From the NCBI GenBank assembly GCA_945957125.1, contig CAMFJT010000003.1:8990-72989 (forward strand): a stretch of 64,000 bases of DNA. Direction: 5' to 3'. The notes beneath the pieces were generated by a model, which was not told the DNA's origin, made no database searches, and saw only the letters and a list, made by a program, of their open reading frames with translations. Made by a program: the position numbers and the translations under genes. Shown here piece by piece: positions 9,110 through 18,262 of the stretch. The stretch is from an uncultured Rhodospirillales bacterium (lineage in GTDB: Bacteria; Pseudomonadota; Alphaproteobacteria; Reyranellales; Reyranellaceae). Every line of letters begins with the position of its first letter. The stretch's first letter is position 1.

Positions 9110-10057
9110 ATGCTCGATGCTGAAGCCCGCTTCCTGCTCGACCTGATGGAGCAGGCCGTCAAGGAAGGACGGCCCAAGCTGCAGACCCTGCCCTACGCCC
9201 AGGGCCGCGCCGCGGTCGACAAGATGTCGGAGGACAGCGAGGCCGATCCGCCGGAGGTCGCCGAGACGATCGACGGCACCCTGCCCGGACCGGCCGGCGC
9301 GATCCGCTATCGGCGCTATCGCCCGCTGGGTGTCGAGCCTGGCGCGTTGCCGACCCTGATCTACTATCACGGCGGCGGCTTCGTGATCGGCAACATCGAA
9401 ACGCACGATTCGACCTGCCGGCGGCTGGCCAACCGGAGCCGGTGCCAGGTGATCTCGATCGACTACCGGCTGGCGCCCGAGCATCCCTTCCCCGCCTCGA
9501 CCGACGACTCGATCGCCGCCTTCCGCCATATCCGCGACAATGCCGAAGCGTTCGGCGTCGATCCCAAGCGCATCGCCGTGGGCGGCGATTCGGCGGGCGG
9601 CGCAATCTCCGCCGTGGTCTGCCAGGCCTGCCGGCAAAGCGGCGAGGCGATGCCCGCCTTCCAGATGCTGATCTATCCCGCGACCGATTCGCGGCGGCAG
9701 ACCGAATCGCACAAGGCCTTCGGCGACGGCTATTTCCTGACGCAGGAGCTGATCGACTGGTTCTGGAAGGCGTACATCCCGGCCGGCACCGATCTCACCG
9801 ACCTGCGCCTTTCCCCGCTGCTCGCCGCGGATGTCGCCGGCCTGCCGCCCGCCTTCGTGCTGACCGCCGGCTTCGATCCGTTGCGCGACGAGGGCCGTGC
9901 CTACGCCAACCGCCTGATCGATGCCGGCGTGAAGACGACCTACGTGAACTACCCCGGCACGATCCACGGCTTCTTCTCGCTGACCCGGTTCCTCAAGCAG
10001 GGCCTCAAGGCCAACGACGAGGCGGCGATGGTGATGGCGGCGCATTTCGGGACGTGA
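9110..10057 (+). CDS. Alpha/beta hydrolase, hormone-sensitive-lipase-family esterase
   Basis: The 315-aa ORF carries the HGGGF oxyanion motif (IYYHGGGFVIG) and the GDSAGG nucleophile elbow. It also has DPLRDE and HGF for the catalytic Asp and His. Confidence 0.88.
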   Translation: MLDAEARFLLDLMEQAVKEGRPKLQTLPYAQGRAAVDKMSEDSEADPPEVAETIDGTLPGPAGAIRYRRYRPLGVEPGALPTLIYYHGGGFVIGNIETHDSTCRRLANRSRCQVISIDYRLAPEHPFPASTDDSIAAFRHIRDNAEAFGVDPKRIAVGGDSAGGAISAVVCQACRQSGEAMPAFQMLIYPATDSRRQTESHKAFGDGYFLTQELIDWFWKAYIPAGTDLTDLRLSPLLAADVAGLPPAFVLTAGFDPLRDEGRAYANRLIDAGVKTTYVNYPGTIHGFFSLTRFLKQGLKANDEAAMVMAAHFGT

Positions 10058-10058
10058 G

Positions 10059-10097
10059 CTTGCCGGACCGCGGGCGTCCTGCCCGCGGTCCGGCAAG
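10059..10097. terminator. Perfect 17-bp-stem hairpin between convergent genes (candidate bidirectional terminator)
   Basis: The sequence is cttgccggaccgcgggc-gtcct-gcccgcggtccggcaag. It lies exactly between the esterase stop (10057) and the cyclase stop (10100). Confidence 0.55.
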
Positions 10098-10099
10098 AG

Positions 10100-11887
10100 C
10101 TATGCGCTCGGCAGCACGCGCACGAAACCGACCGGATGGTCGAAGCCCTTGAGGCCGACGCTCTCCTCGCGCGTCGGCACGGATACGAGCAGCGGCTTCA
10201 CGGCCGGATCTTCCGCGACGGCGCGGCTCAAGACGATGTCGCCGCCGGTGCTTTGGCCCTGCAGCCGTGCCGCCATGTTCACGGTCGAGCCGAAATAGTC
10301 GAGCCGGTCGTTCAGGCTCACCATCACGCTGGCGCCGACATGCACGCCGAGCTTGATGGCGAGCGCGCGATCGGCGGGGTTGGCGCGGTTGAAGCCCGCG
10401 ATGCGGGCCTGCATATCGAGCGCCGCGCGCACGGCATCGGCGGGATCGCCGAACGAGGCCATCACCGCGTCGCCTATGGTCTTGACCACCGCGCCGTTGT
10501 GATCGCGCACGATCGAACCCAGGAAAGCGAAGTGCTCGCGCACGATGTTGAACGCCACCGCGTCGCCGACCCGCTCGTAGAGCGCCGTCGAGCCGCGCAG
10601 GTCGGTGAACAGCAGTGCGATCTGCCCGACCGCCGCGTCGTCGCCGGGTCTTAAGGTCGCCTCGGCGAACAGGTCGCGGAAGACCTGCAGCGAGACCACC
10701 TCGGTCGCCGTCAGCGCGTCGCGGGTCCATGTCCTGTCCTCGACCAGCGCGGCGAGCTCGAAATCGGCGTCGTTGGCGAAGCTGATCCTGCCGGGTTCGC
10801 CGCCCGCCATCGCCTCGACGCCCGTCGCCGTCACGCGCAGGCCGGGGAAGGCGCCACCGTCATGCTCGATGTCGGCAACAGCGCCGGGATGCAACGTGCG
10901 CAATCGGTATCGCCCCGGCGGCAAGGCGAGGTCGATCGTGCGCCTCTCGCCCGGCGCCAGCAGGAGCTGGACCGGCACGTGCGGCGTGGCCATCGGGCCG
11001 CTGAGGCAGAAACCGCCGGCCATCAGCGGGCGGATCGCCGGCGCGGGTGCAAAGGCAAGCTCGACATTGCGCTCGAAGTCGCGCGCGTAGTCGATGTTGC
11101 AGGAAGGACAGTGCGCGCCGCGCGGCAGCTCGGCCAGCGACGCAACGCTGAGCTTGGGGCCGCGGCAGTTGGTGCACAGCAGCTCCCACTTCATCGACAA
11201 CAGGCCCGCGCTCACGGCGGCGAGGCAAGCCTCGATGGCCGGCCGTTCAGCGACGCCGAACACCCGCGCCAGTCGCTTGGGCCTGAGGTGCGCGAGGTCG
11301 CTCGCCATGCCCCCAAGGACGTAGTCGCTGAGCCGCTGGCCGAGGCCGTTGCCATAGGGGCTGCCGTCGATCGCGGCCGCCAACGTTGCCGCCCGCTCGC
11401 GAGCGCCAAGCGGCAGCTGCGGCGCCGGCATGTCGAACAGGGTCGGCCGCTCGCCACCGATGAAGGCCACGGCCTGCAGCACACGCTTCTCGACCGCGGC
11501 GCCCGCCTGCTCAGCGAGCTTCCTGCCGGACAGCCGGCCGAGGAGCGTGAGCGGCTCCCAGTCGAGCGCGTAGCTCACCCTGCTGCCGTTCCCCTCCAGC
11601 TCGATATCGAAGATCGGCCCGAAGCGGCGGAACGGTCCCCTGGTGAAGACGCGTGCCTGGCGGAAATGACGCTCCAGGATCCACTCGTACGGCTTCTCCT
11701 CCCAGGCCAACGTGAAGCCCGCCGCCCTGCCGCTGCCGCGGCGCAGCACGGTGCCGTTGGGCTGCGGCGTCTCCTCCAGCACGTAAGGCGGCAACCCCAT
11801 AGCCTCGTTGAAGCGACTGGTGTCCGCGAGCACCGGCCACAGCCGGTCGGGCGGCAGGTCGAAATGCCAGGTCCAGGTGCGCCGCAT
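10100..11887 (-). CDS. Class III adenylate/guanylate cyclase with an N-terminal SRPBCC-like domain and a CxxC..CxxC zinc-ribbon-like segment
   Basis: ORF 10100..11926. The C-terminus (IALLFTDLRGSTALYERVGD...VVKTIGDAVMASF...GVHVGASVMV...DYFGSTVNMAARL) is a class III cyclase domain. The mid region has CTNCRGP...CPSCNIDY. I placed the start at MRRTWTWHF (11887); 11926 is possible. Confidence 0.85.
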   Translation of the reverse strand: MRRTWTWHFDLPPDRLWPVLADTSRFNEAMGLPPYVLEETPQPNGTVLRRGSGRAAGFTLAWEEKPYEWILERHFRQARVFTRGPFRRFGPIFDIELEGNGSRVSYALDWEPLTLLGRLSGRKLAEQAGAAVEKRVLQAVAFIGGERPTLFDMPAPQLPLGARERAATLAAAIDGSPYGNGLGQRLSDYVLGGMASDLAHLRPKRLARVFGVAERPAIEACLAAVSAGLLSMKWELLCTNCRGPKLSVASLAELPRGAHCPSCNIDYARDFERNVELAFAPAPAIRPLMAGGFCLSGPMATPHVPVQLLLAPGERRTIDLALPPGRYRLRTLHPGAVADIEHDGGAFPGLRVTATGVEAMAGGEPGRISFANDADFELAALVEDRTWTRDALTATEVVSLQVFRDLFAEATLRPGDDAAVGQIALLFTDLRGSTALYERVGDAVAFNIVREHFAFLGSIVRDHNGAVVKTIGDAVMASFGDPADAVRAALDMQARIAGFNRANPADRALAIKLGVHVGASVMVSLNDRLDYFGSTVNMAARLQGQSTGGDIVLSRAVAEDPAVKPLLVSVPTREESVGLKGFDHPVGFVRVLPSA

Positions 11888-12085
11888 GCGAGTAATACTG
11901 TAGCGCCCTCCCGGCGGATGTCGCACAGCTCATCACAGCCCGGTGAGGTATCGTGGGATGGCCGCTGACGCCGCCCCGGGCACGATAACTGCCGCGCGTC
12001 GGTATAGCTTGCCCCTCCTGTGGCTCATGATCGCCGGACCCACCGGACCGGCGCGCTCAGCACCGCCGTGCGAATTGGCGTCAAC

Positions 12086-12292
12086 ATGGCTTTGCAGATG
12101 ATCGACGCCGCCGGTGGAACCGACGCCGACTACGAGGCGCTGATGGCGCCTGTGTCGCTCCCGCTGATCGAGCGACGCGATGACTGCCTCACGATCGGCG
12201 ACGCATCGAAAGGCGCCGACGTCGAGGTGAAGCTGTTCGAGGCGACGGGAAAACCGGTCTATCGCGCCGTCGCTCAGGTGCCGAGCAGCTGA
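12086..12292 (+). CDS. Small hypothetical protein (68 aa)
   Basis: This is the inner ATG of ORF 12020..12292 (MALQMIDAAGGTDADYEALMAP...). The codon third positions are GC-rich like the real genes, and it is the only ORF in this gap. No family is recognised and no clear RBS is present. Confidence 0.35.
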   Translation: MALQMIDAAGGTDADYEALMAPVSLPLIERRDDCLTIGDASKGADVEVKLFEATGKPVYRAVAQVPSS

Positions 12293-12360
12293 AGCTTCGC
12301 ATCACGGCAATGAGCCAGCAACGCAAGCACGGTCGATCGGCGATACCCTCGTTCTCGCCG

Positions 12361-12873
12361 TCACTGCACGATGACGCCGCAGGCAATCCTATCGCCGGCA
12401 TTGCCGGCCGGGTCGCTCTTGTAGTCGTCGGCCTTGGCGTGGATGACGATCGCCGAGCCGTCGGCGTCGAACACCGAGTTCGGCTGGCCCTTGACCAGCG
12501 AGATGGCGGGGTTGGCGATCTCGACCACGAGCACGCCGCTCGCCGGGACGTGCAGGTTGGGCATGTCGCCGGCATGGGAGCCCTCGGCCGCTTCCATACC
12601 ATGCTTCTTGCTACCCGGGTTGAAATGCCCGCCGGCGCTGGTGAAGGGCGGCTCGCACTTGCCGACGGCGTGGACATGGAAGGCATGCTCGCCTTCGGGG
12701 ATGCCCGTCAGCGACAGCTTGAGGAGCACGCCGTGCGGGGTCTGGACGAGGTCGACGCTGCCGACATCCTTGCCGGCGGCATCCTTCAGCGGTGCCTTCG
12801 CGGTCTGGGCGTATGCGGGCAGCGACACCAGGCAGGCGACGCCCAACGTAGCGATGATTCGGCTGAAACGCAT
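12361..12873 (-). CDS. sodC: Periplasmic Cu/Zn superoxide dismutase
   Basis: The ATG at 12873 is preceded by GGGAGGAA. The product starts MRFSRIIATLGVACLVSLPAYAQ (signal peptide). It contains HAFHVHAVGKC, GGHFNP, HAGDMPNL and DRIACGVI, which are the classic Cu,Zn-SOD ligand motifs. Confidence 0.92.
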   Translation of the reverse strand: MRFSRIIATLGVACLVSLPAYAQTAKAPLKDAAGKDVGSVDLVQTPHGVLLKLSLTGIPEGEHAFHVHAVGKCEPPFTSAGGHFNPGSKKHGMEAAEGSHAGDMPNLHVPASGVLVVEIANPAISLVKGQPNSVFDADGSAIVIHAKADDYKSDPAGNAGDRIACGVIVQ

Positions 12874-12924
12874 CGTTCCTCCCGTATGATATGCGGTCGC
12901 CACCCTACAGGGAGAGACCCCGCC

Positions 12925-13344
12925 ATGACCACGTCCGATATCGCCTACACGCCCATCCTGCCCGAAGGCTGGGCGCGTCCGCGCGGCTTCTCGCATGCCG
13001 TCGTCGCGACCGGCACGAAGAGCGTGCGCATCGCTGGACAGATCGGTCGCGAACCCGCCCAGGCCCACATTCCCACGGGCACGGATGCGGGCACACAATG
13101 GAAGATCGCGCTCACCAACCTCGTGACCGTTCTGAAAGCGGCCGGCGGGCAGCCCACGCATCTCGTGGCGTTGCGCGCCTACGTCACCGACATCGCGGAG
13201 TTCAACGCCGCCGGCGCCGCGATCGGCGCCGCCTGGGGCGCCACGCTCGGCCGGCATTTCCCGGCGATGACGCTGGTGCAGGTCTCGGCCCTGATCGATC
13301 CCAACGCCAAGGTCGAGATCGAGGCCGACGCGATCCTGCCTTGA
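12925..13344 (+). CDS. RidA/YjgF family reactive-intermediate deaminase-like protein
   Basis: The ATG at 12925 gives MTTSDIAYTPILPEGWARPRGFSHAVVA...VRIAGQIG...LRAYVTD...PAMTLVQVSALIDPNAKVEIEADAIL, a typical RidA fold signature. The rest of track ORF 12310..13344 is antisense to sodC. Confidence 0.85.
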   Translation: MTTSDIAYTPILPEGWARPRGFSHAVVATGTKSVRIAGQIGREPAQAHIPTGTDAGTQWKIALTNLVTVLKAAGGQPTHLVALRAYVTDIAEFNAAGAAIGAAWGATLGRHFPAMTLVQVSALIDPNAKVEIEADAILP

Positions 13345-13408
13345 GCCGGTTCCTGGGGCAGCGGCCTCGTCCGCGGGGAGCGCGCCTCCGGGGCCTCCCC
13401 GTACGAGG

Positions 13409-14272
13409 CTATTTCTTCAGCACGTCGGGGACACGATAGAGCGGGAAGCCGTTGAACGGCTTGGATCGCTCGTGGTCCGGCACCTCGTAGAAGTTGGATT
13501 TGGCGTTGTTGTGCAGCCCACCGTCGACCCGCAACTGGATGCCGGTGACGTAGGCGGCCGCTTCGCTCAGCAGATAGACGATGGCGCCGGCGATCTCGGA
13601 CTCCGTGCCGTGGCGCTTGAGCGGCACCTTGCCCTTCACGTTGCGCAGCACGTCGTGCGCCCGTTCGGGATAGCGGTCGAGCCCGGACGAGGCGATGAAG
13701 CCCGGGATCACCGAGTTGACGCGCACGCCGGAATGGGCCCATTCGACCGAGGCCGTATAAGTGAAGTTCGTCTGGCCGGCGCGCGCCGCCCCGCTATGGC
13801 CCATGCCCGGCATGCCGAGCTCGAAATCGGCGCCGACATTCACGATCGCGCCGCCGTTGTCCTCCATGCAGCGGAGGTAGACCTCCTTCGACATCAGGAA
13901 GGTCGCGGTCATGTTGTTGCGGATCACCGCGTTCCAGCCGTTGAGCGAGATGTCCCGGAGCGGTGCCGGGAACTGGCCGCCGGCATTGTTCACCAGCCCG
14001 TCGATCCGGCCGCCCCACCTCATCACACCGTCGACCGCCGCCTTCACCTGGTCTTCCTCGCGCAGGTCGGCGGCGAAGGTGAAGGTGTCGGGATCGCCGA
14101 GTTCCTCCTTCACGCGATCGAGCTTCTCCTGCGTGCGGCCGATCAGCGCCAGCCGCGCACCGAGCGACCGCAGCTCGTGCGCGGTGCAACGGCCGAGTCC
14201 CGAGCCGCCGCCGGTGACGACGATGGTCTGGCCCTCGAACAGGCCGGGCCGGAAGATGGAATGATAATGCAT
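13409..14272 (-). CDS. SDR family oxidoreductase (enoyl/ketoacyl reductase-like)
   Basis: The 287-aa ORF has VVTGGGSGLGR (the TGxxxGxG motif) and NNAGG. The overall length is typical of a classical SDR. Confidence 0.85.
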   Translation of the reverse strand: MHYHSIFRPGLFEGQTIVVTGGGSGLGRCTAHELRSLGARLALIGRTQEKLDRVKEELGDPDTFTFAADLREEDQVKAAVDGVMRWGGRIDGLVNNAGGQFPAPLRDISLNGWNAVIRNNMTATFLMSKEVYLRCMEDNGGAIVNVGADFELGMPGMGHSGAARAGQTNFTYTASVEWAHSGVRVNSVIPGFIASSGLDRYPERAHDVLRNVKGKVPLKRHGTESEIAGAIVYLLSEAAAYVTGIQLRVDGGLHNNAKSNFYEVPDHERSKPFNGFPLYRVPDVLKK

Positions 14273-14320
14273 GGTTCACCGATTCCCTCGCCCTTCGGAG
14301 AGCTTCCGCGCCCGGCAGGA

Positions 14321-15298
14321 CTACTCGATCTTGATGTTGGCCGCCTTCACGACCTCGGCCCATTTGGCCATCTCCGCGCGCAGGAAGGCGGCCAGCTCCT
14401 GAGGCGTCGAGCCGATCGCATCGGCGCCGAGATCGGCGAACTTCGCCTTGATGTCGTCCGCGCGCATGATCTTCGCCATCTCGGCGTGAAGACGCGCGAT
14501 CACCGCCGGCGGCGTGCCGGCCGGGGCGAGCAGCGCGTTCCATTCGGAGATCTCGCAGTCCTTCACGCCGGCTTCGGCCATGGTCGGTACGTCGGGCGCG
14601 GCCGGCGAGCGCTGGGCGCTGGTGACGGCCAGTGCCCGCACGCGGCCGGCGCGAGCTTGCGGCAGCGCCGCCGACATGTTGCCGAAGTAGAACGGCACGT
14701 GCCCCGCCGCCACGTCGGCTACCGCCGGACCGCCGCCCTTGTAGGGCACATGGCCGATATCGGTGCCGGTGCGCAGCTTGAAAAGCTCGGCAGCGAGATG
14801 CTGGGCACTGCCGTTGCCGGAGGAAGCGTAGAAGAGCTTGCCCGGCTGCGCCTTGGCCATCGCCACCAGCTCCGCGACCGTCTTGGCCGGGTGCGACGGC
14901 GTGATCACCAGCAGCTCGGGCACGGTGACCAGCAGCGATACCGGCGCGAAGTCGTCGGGCGTGCGGAACGGCATCTTCGCGAGCAGCGACGGATTGACCG
15001 CATGGGCGAAGGCGCCGATCAGCAGGGTGTGGCCGTCGGGCGACGCCTTGGCGACCGTCTCGTCGCCGATCACGCCACCCGCGCCTGGCTTGTTGTCGAT
15101 CACGACGGTTTCGCCCAGCGCCTCCTGCAGCCGCGGCGCGATCAGCCGGGCCGTGGTGTCGGCGCCGCCGCCCGGCGAATAGGGCACGACGAGCCGAACC
15201 GGCCGGTTCGGAAAGGACTGCGCACGCACGTGCGGCGCGACGATCGAGAGCGCCGCGCCGAGCATGATGTCGCGGCGCGAGGGGGTGGCGAGCCTCAT
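14321..15298 (-). CDS. Bug/TctC-family substrate-binding protein (last gene of the ATGA-chained operon)
   Basis: The 325-aa ORF has a signal peptide (MRLATPSRRDIMLGAALSIVAPHVRAQ) followed by PNRPVRLVVPYSPGGGADT...SGNGSAQHLA...HVPYKGGGPA. Its start overlaps the upstream stop (ATGA, 15295-15298). Confidence 0.9.
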   Translation of the reverse strand: MRLATPSRRDIMLGAALSIVAPHVRAQSFPNRPVRLVVPYSPGGGADTTARLIAPRLQEALGETVVIDNKPGAGGVIGDETVAKASPDGHTLLIGAFAHAVNPSLLAKMPFRTPDDFAPVSLLVTVPELLVITPSHPAKTVAELVAMAKAQPGKLFYASSGNGSAQHLAAELFKLRTGTDIGHVPYKGGGPAVADVAAGHVPFYFGNMSAALPQARAGRVRALAVTSAQRSPAAPDVPTMAEAGVKDCEISEWNALLAPAGTPPAVIARLHAEMAKIMRADDIKAKFADLGADAIGSTPQELAAFLRAEMAKWAEVVKAANIKIE

Positions 15299-15927
15299 GC
15301 CGCCATCGTTCGCCGGCCGAGCTCGCGCTGCAGCCAGCGCATGAGGGCCAGCCCGAGCTGGAGCGGGACGCCGAACAGCACGATGCCGATGGCGAAGACG
15401 ACCAGGCGTTGGCCGAGCGTGGGCAGCAGCGCCGCTTCGCGCAGGATCATCGAAATGCCCTCGGGAACGCCGATTGCCGCCGCCGCGCCCGACGACATCA
15501 CGATGACGAAGAAGGCGCGGGTGACGTTGGGCAGGAACAGCAGCGCCCCGAGCGGCGAACCGCGGCGCAGCTGACGCAGCGCCTCGACGCCGGCGTCGGC
15601 CACATAGGCCGCCGAATAGGGAACCAGGGAAACCGCGACCGTCATGACGCCGGACATCGCGAGCTTGACGCCGAACAGGCTGAGATCACGCAGGACGTTG
15701 AGCAGGAAGAACATCACCACGAAAGTGGGCGCCGCGCGCATCAGCGCGATGATCGTGGCCGACACGCCGACGCCAACCCCGCCGCCACGATCGCGCAGCA
15801 GCGCGAGCGGCAGGCCGATGGCGAGGCCGAGCGCGAGCGCGATGAACGAGATCTCGAAGTTCGTCACCATGGCCGACAGCAGCGTCGGCACGAAGTCGGT
15901 CCACAGCTCGTGCAGGAACGCGCTCAT
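15295..15927 (-). CDS. Polar amino-acid-type ABC transporter permease (HisM/HisQ-like)
   Basis: The inner ATG at 15927 gives MSAFLHELWTDFVPTLLSAMVTNFEISFIALALGLAIG...MRAAPTFVVMFFLLNVL. The protein has 5-6 hydrophobic spans. An ATGA overlap with the upstream gene lies at 15924-15927. Confidence 0.8.
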   Translation of the reverse strand: MSAFLHELWTDFVPTLLSAMVTNFEISFIALALGLAIGLPLALLRDRGGGVGVGVSATIIALMRAAPTFVVMFFLLNVLRDLSLFGVKLAMSGVMTVAVSLVPYSAAYVADAGVEALRQLRRGSPLGALLFLPNVTRAFFVIVMSSGAAAAIGVPEGISMILREAALLPTLGQRLVVFAIGIVLFGVPLQLGLALMRWLQRELGRRTMAA

Positions 15928-17567
15928 GCCCTCACCTCGCCGCGCTCGAGCCAGGCCCGGAGCTTGTTGCACAGCCAGACCACGACCATCACCACAACGG
16001 TATAGAACACCAGCAGCAGGCAATAGGTCGTCACCCGCCCGCTCGAGAACGAGGTGATGTCGGTCAGCGCGCTCAGCAGTTCGGGCGCGCCGATGAAGCT
16101 GGCGATCGGCGTGCCCTTGGCGGCATTGACCAGGAACGACACGATCGAGGTCGCCGAGCGGGCGAGCGCCTGGACGAACAGCCCCATTCCGGAATGGCGG
16201 CCCTCGTGATGCAGGCTGACGACCGCCTCCGACACCGCCTGGCCGGCATTGCTGCCGTTGCTGAGGCCGAGCGCGAGGATCGCGGCGACCAGCGCCACTG
16301 CCGACGAATAGGGGACGATCGCATTGGCGAAGGCGGCGGCGATCACCAGCGTGAGCACGATCGGCGAGGATTGCAGGGTGACGGTGACAAGCCGCGCCGG
16401 CCAGCGCAGCAGCCGGCTCTCCGAGCCTAGCGCGAAGCCGAAGGCGATCGCGAAGCCGAGCGTCGCGGTGAGCGCTCCGGCGATCAGGATCAGCGAATTG
16501 ACGACGCCGTTCACGAACAGCGACAGGGCCGGCATCGTCTTGAACATCGGCAGGGTGACGTCGAGCCCGAAGATCTTCTCGAACCAGTCCTCCAGCTCGT
16601 TTACCCGACCGACGAACGGCGTCGGCTGAAGCGCGGTGTCGAGGGCCGGCAGGATGCAGTCCTTGTTCGTGCTACCGGTGGCGGTGTTGCATTCGGGGCG
16701 CTGCCAGACTTCCCTCTGCTTCTCGAGGAAGGCGGTGCCGATCCGATTCTTGCGGGCGATGTCGAGGAACACGCCGTCGCGGTGGAAGATCTGGCTCACC
16801 AGGTCGAGCGCGCGAGCGAGCTTGTCGCTGCCGGTGCGCGCCACCCCCATGCCCCACGGCACCTGGGCGAAGCCCATTTTCGGCTCGAACTGGGCGGCGA
16901 ATGCCGGATCGGTGAAATAGAAGGCGAAGAAGCTGTCGTCCTGCGCGGCCAGGGTGCAGGTCTCGTCGCGCAGCCGATCGGGCAGCACGCCGGCCTCGTC
17001 GAACAGCATCAGGCGGGTGTTGCGCGAGACCAGCTCGGCGTTCGAGCCGTTGCCCACGCTGACGCAGATCGTGCTGGCGGCGACGTCCTTCCAGTCGCGC
17101 ACGCGCAGCGCCTTGGGCGCGACCAGCACGGTTTCCGATTGATAGTAGTGCGGCCGGATGAAGCGGACCTGCCCGTCGCGCTGGGTATTGTGGCCCATGG
17201 TCGCGATGGCGAAATCGATCCGGTCCTGGGCCAGCAGGGGGATCCGGCTCGCGGCATTGACGCGTACGAAATCGACCTCGACGCCGAGCTTCGACGCGAT
17301 CGCGCGCGACACGTCGGGCTCGTAACCGAGGTGGGTCGTGCCTTCGCGCGTGCCGAACAGCGGATAATACTCGCGGACGCCGGAACGCAGCCGACCGTTG
17401 CACAGGATGCGCTCCAGCCGATCGGACGGGTGCTCGCAATTGGCTTTCGCCTCTTCCACCAACGCGGCGAGCGCGGCGTCGGGCGTCTCGGCCCTGGCCG
17501 GCGCGGACGCCGCCGCCAGCAGGGTGAGGACACAGGCGAGCAGCCCGCCCGGGAAGCGCCACCTCAT
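15924..17567 (-). CDS. Fusion protein: periplasmic family-3 solute-binding domain joined to an ABC permease domain
   Basis: The ATG at 17567 gives MRWRFPGGLLACVLTLLAAASAPARA (signal peptide). A Cys-rich SBP_bac_3-like part of about 330 aa follows (GVREYYPLFG...IDFAIATMGHNTQRD...). It ends in about 200 aa of TM helices (LSLFVNGVVNSLILIAGALTATLGFAIAFGF...). There are ATGA overlaps at both ends. Confidence 0.75.
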   Translation of the reverse strand: MRWRFPGGLLACVLTLLAAASAPARAETPDAALAALVEEAKANCEHPSDRLERILCNGRLRSGVREYYPLFGTREGTTHLGYEPDVSRAIASKLGVEVDFVRVNAASRIPLLAQDRIDFAIATMGHNTQRDGQVRFIRPHYYQSETVLVAPKALRVRDWKDVAASTICVSVGNGSNAELVSRNTRLMLFDEAGVLPDRLRDETCTLAAQDDSFFAFYFTDPAFAAQFEPKMGFAQVPWGMGVARTGSDKLARALDLVSQIFHRDGVFLDIARKNRIGTAFLEKQREVWQRPECNTATGSTNKDCILPALDTALQPTPFVGRVNELEDWFEKIFGLDVTLPMFKTMPALSLFVNGVVNSLILIAGALTATLGFAIAFGFALGSESRLLRWPARLVTVTLQSSPIVLTLVIAAAFANAIVPYSSAVALVAAILALGLSNGSNAGQAVSEAVVSLHHEGRHSGMGLFVQALARSATSIVSFLVNAAKGTPIASFIGAPELLSALTDITSFSSGRVTTYCLLLVFYTVVVMVVVWLCNKLRAWLERGEVRA

Positions 17568-18262
17568 CTTGCCGCCGCTCCGATCTCGACGATGTGCATC
17601 TCGCCGAATGTATAGGGGCCGTAGCGGTGAAGCGACTGCCCGTCTTCCGCCCGCAGCACTTCCGGAGTCATGCGCGAGAGCTTCTCCTCGGCGAGGTAGA
17701 CCAGCACCGTGAGCAGGATCCGGAACGACAGGCCGTGATCGCAGGCGATGGCGCGCGAACGGTCGAGGCCAACGAAAGCGTTGTGCGTGAGCACCGCCCG
17801 CCCGCCCGGCGCGAGGTGGACGGGCAGACCCTCGAGGAAGGGGTCGAGCAGCCAGCGGCCGTCCGCGCCGCCGGAACTCCAGGTCGGCAGCCGGCCGGCG
17901 ACCGGCACCGGCTCCATCGGAAAGTGCGGCAGGTTGGCGACGATCAGATCGAAACGCCGCCCTGCCACCGGCAGCCACATGTCGCCGCGATGGATCTCGA
18001 CCGGAGCCGCCAGCCCGAGGCCGGCGAGCAGGCGGCGGCTGCCGAGGATCGCGTCGGGCTCGATGTCGACGCCGCAGAGGGCTGCCGCGCCCATCGCGCC
18101 GAGCGCGGCCAGCACGATGCCGCTGCCCGAACCGATTTCGAGCACGCGCGCGCCGCGCACGCGATCGCGATCGGCCTGCAGGGCCTGGATCAGGGCGGCG
18201 GTGTATTCGCTGGGGCGGAGCGCCGGGACGATCGGCGGCGGGGCCAGGCTCGTCCCGGTCAT
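17564..18262 (-). CDS. Class I SAM-dependent methyltransferase, HemK/PrmC-like with NLPH in place of NPPY
   Basis: The ATG at 18262 gives MTGTSLAPPPIV...VLEIGSGSGIVLAALG (SAM motif I) and DLIVANLPHFP (motif IV variant). Only the last 232 aa of track ORF 17564..19795 are in a believable frame. An ATGA overlap with the cyclase stop lies at 18259-18262. Confidence 0.75.
   Translation of the reverse strand: MTGTSLAPPPIVPALRPSEYTAALIQALQADRDRVRGARVLEIGSGSGIVLAALGAMGAAALCGVDIEPDAILGSRRLLAGLGLAAPVEIHRGDMWLPVAGRRFDLIVANLPHFPMEPVPVAGRLPTWSSGGADGRWLLDPFLEGLPVHLAPGGRAVLTHNAFVGLDRSRAIACDHGLSFRILLTVLVYLAEEKLSRMTPEVLRAEDGQSLHRYGPYTFGEMHIVEIGAAAR

Noticed and set aside
13472-15574. A 700-aa + strand ORF spanning the SDR, TctC and permease genes.
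   Set aside because: It crosses three well-supported minus-strand genes and their ATGA junctions. There is no domain signature, so it is a shadow frame.
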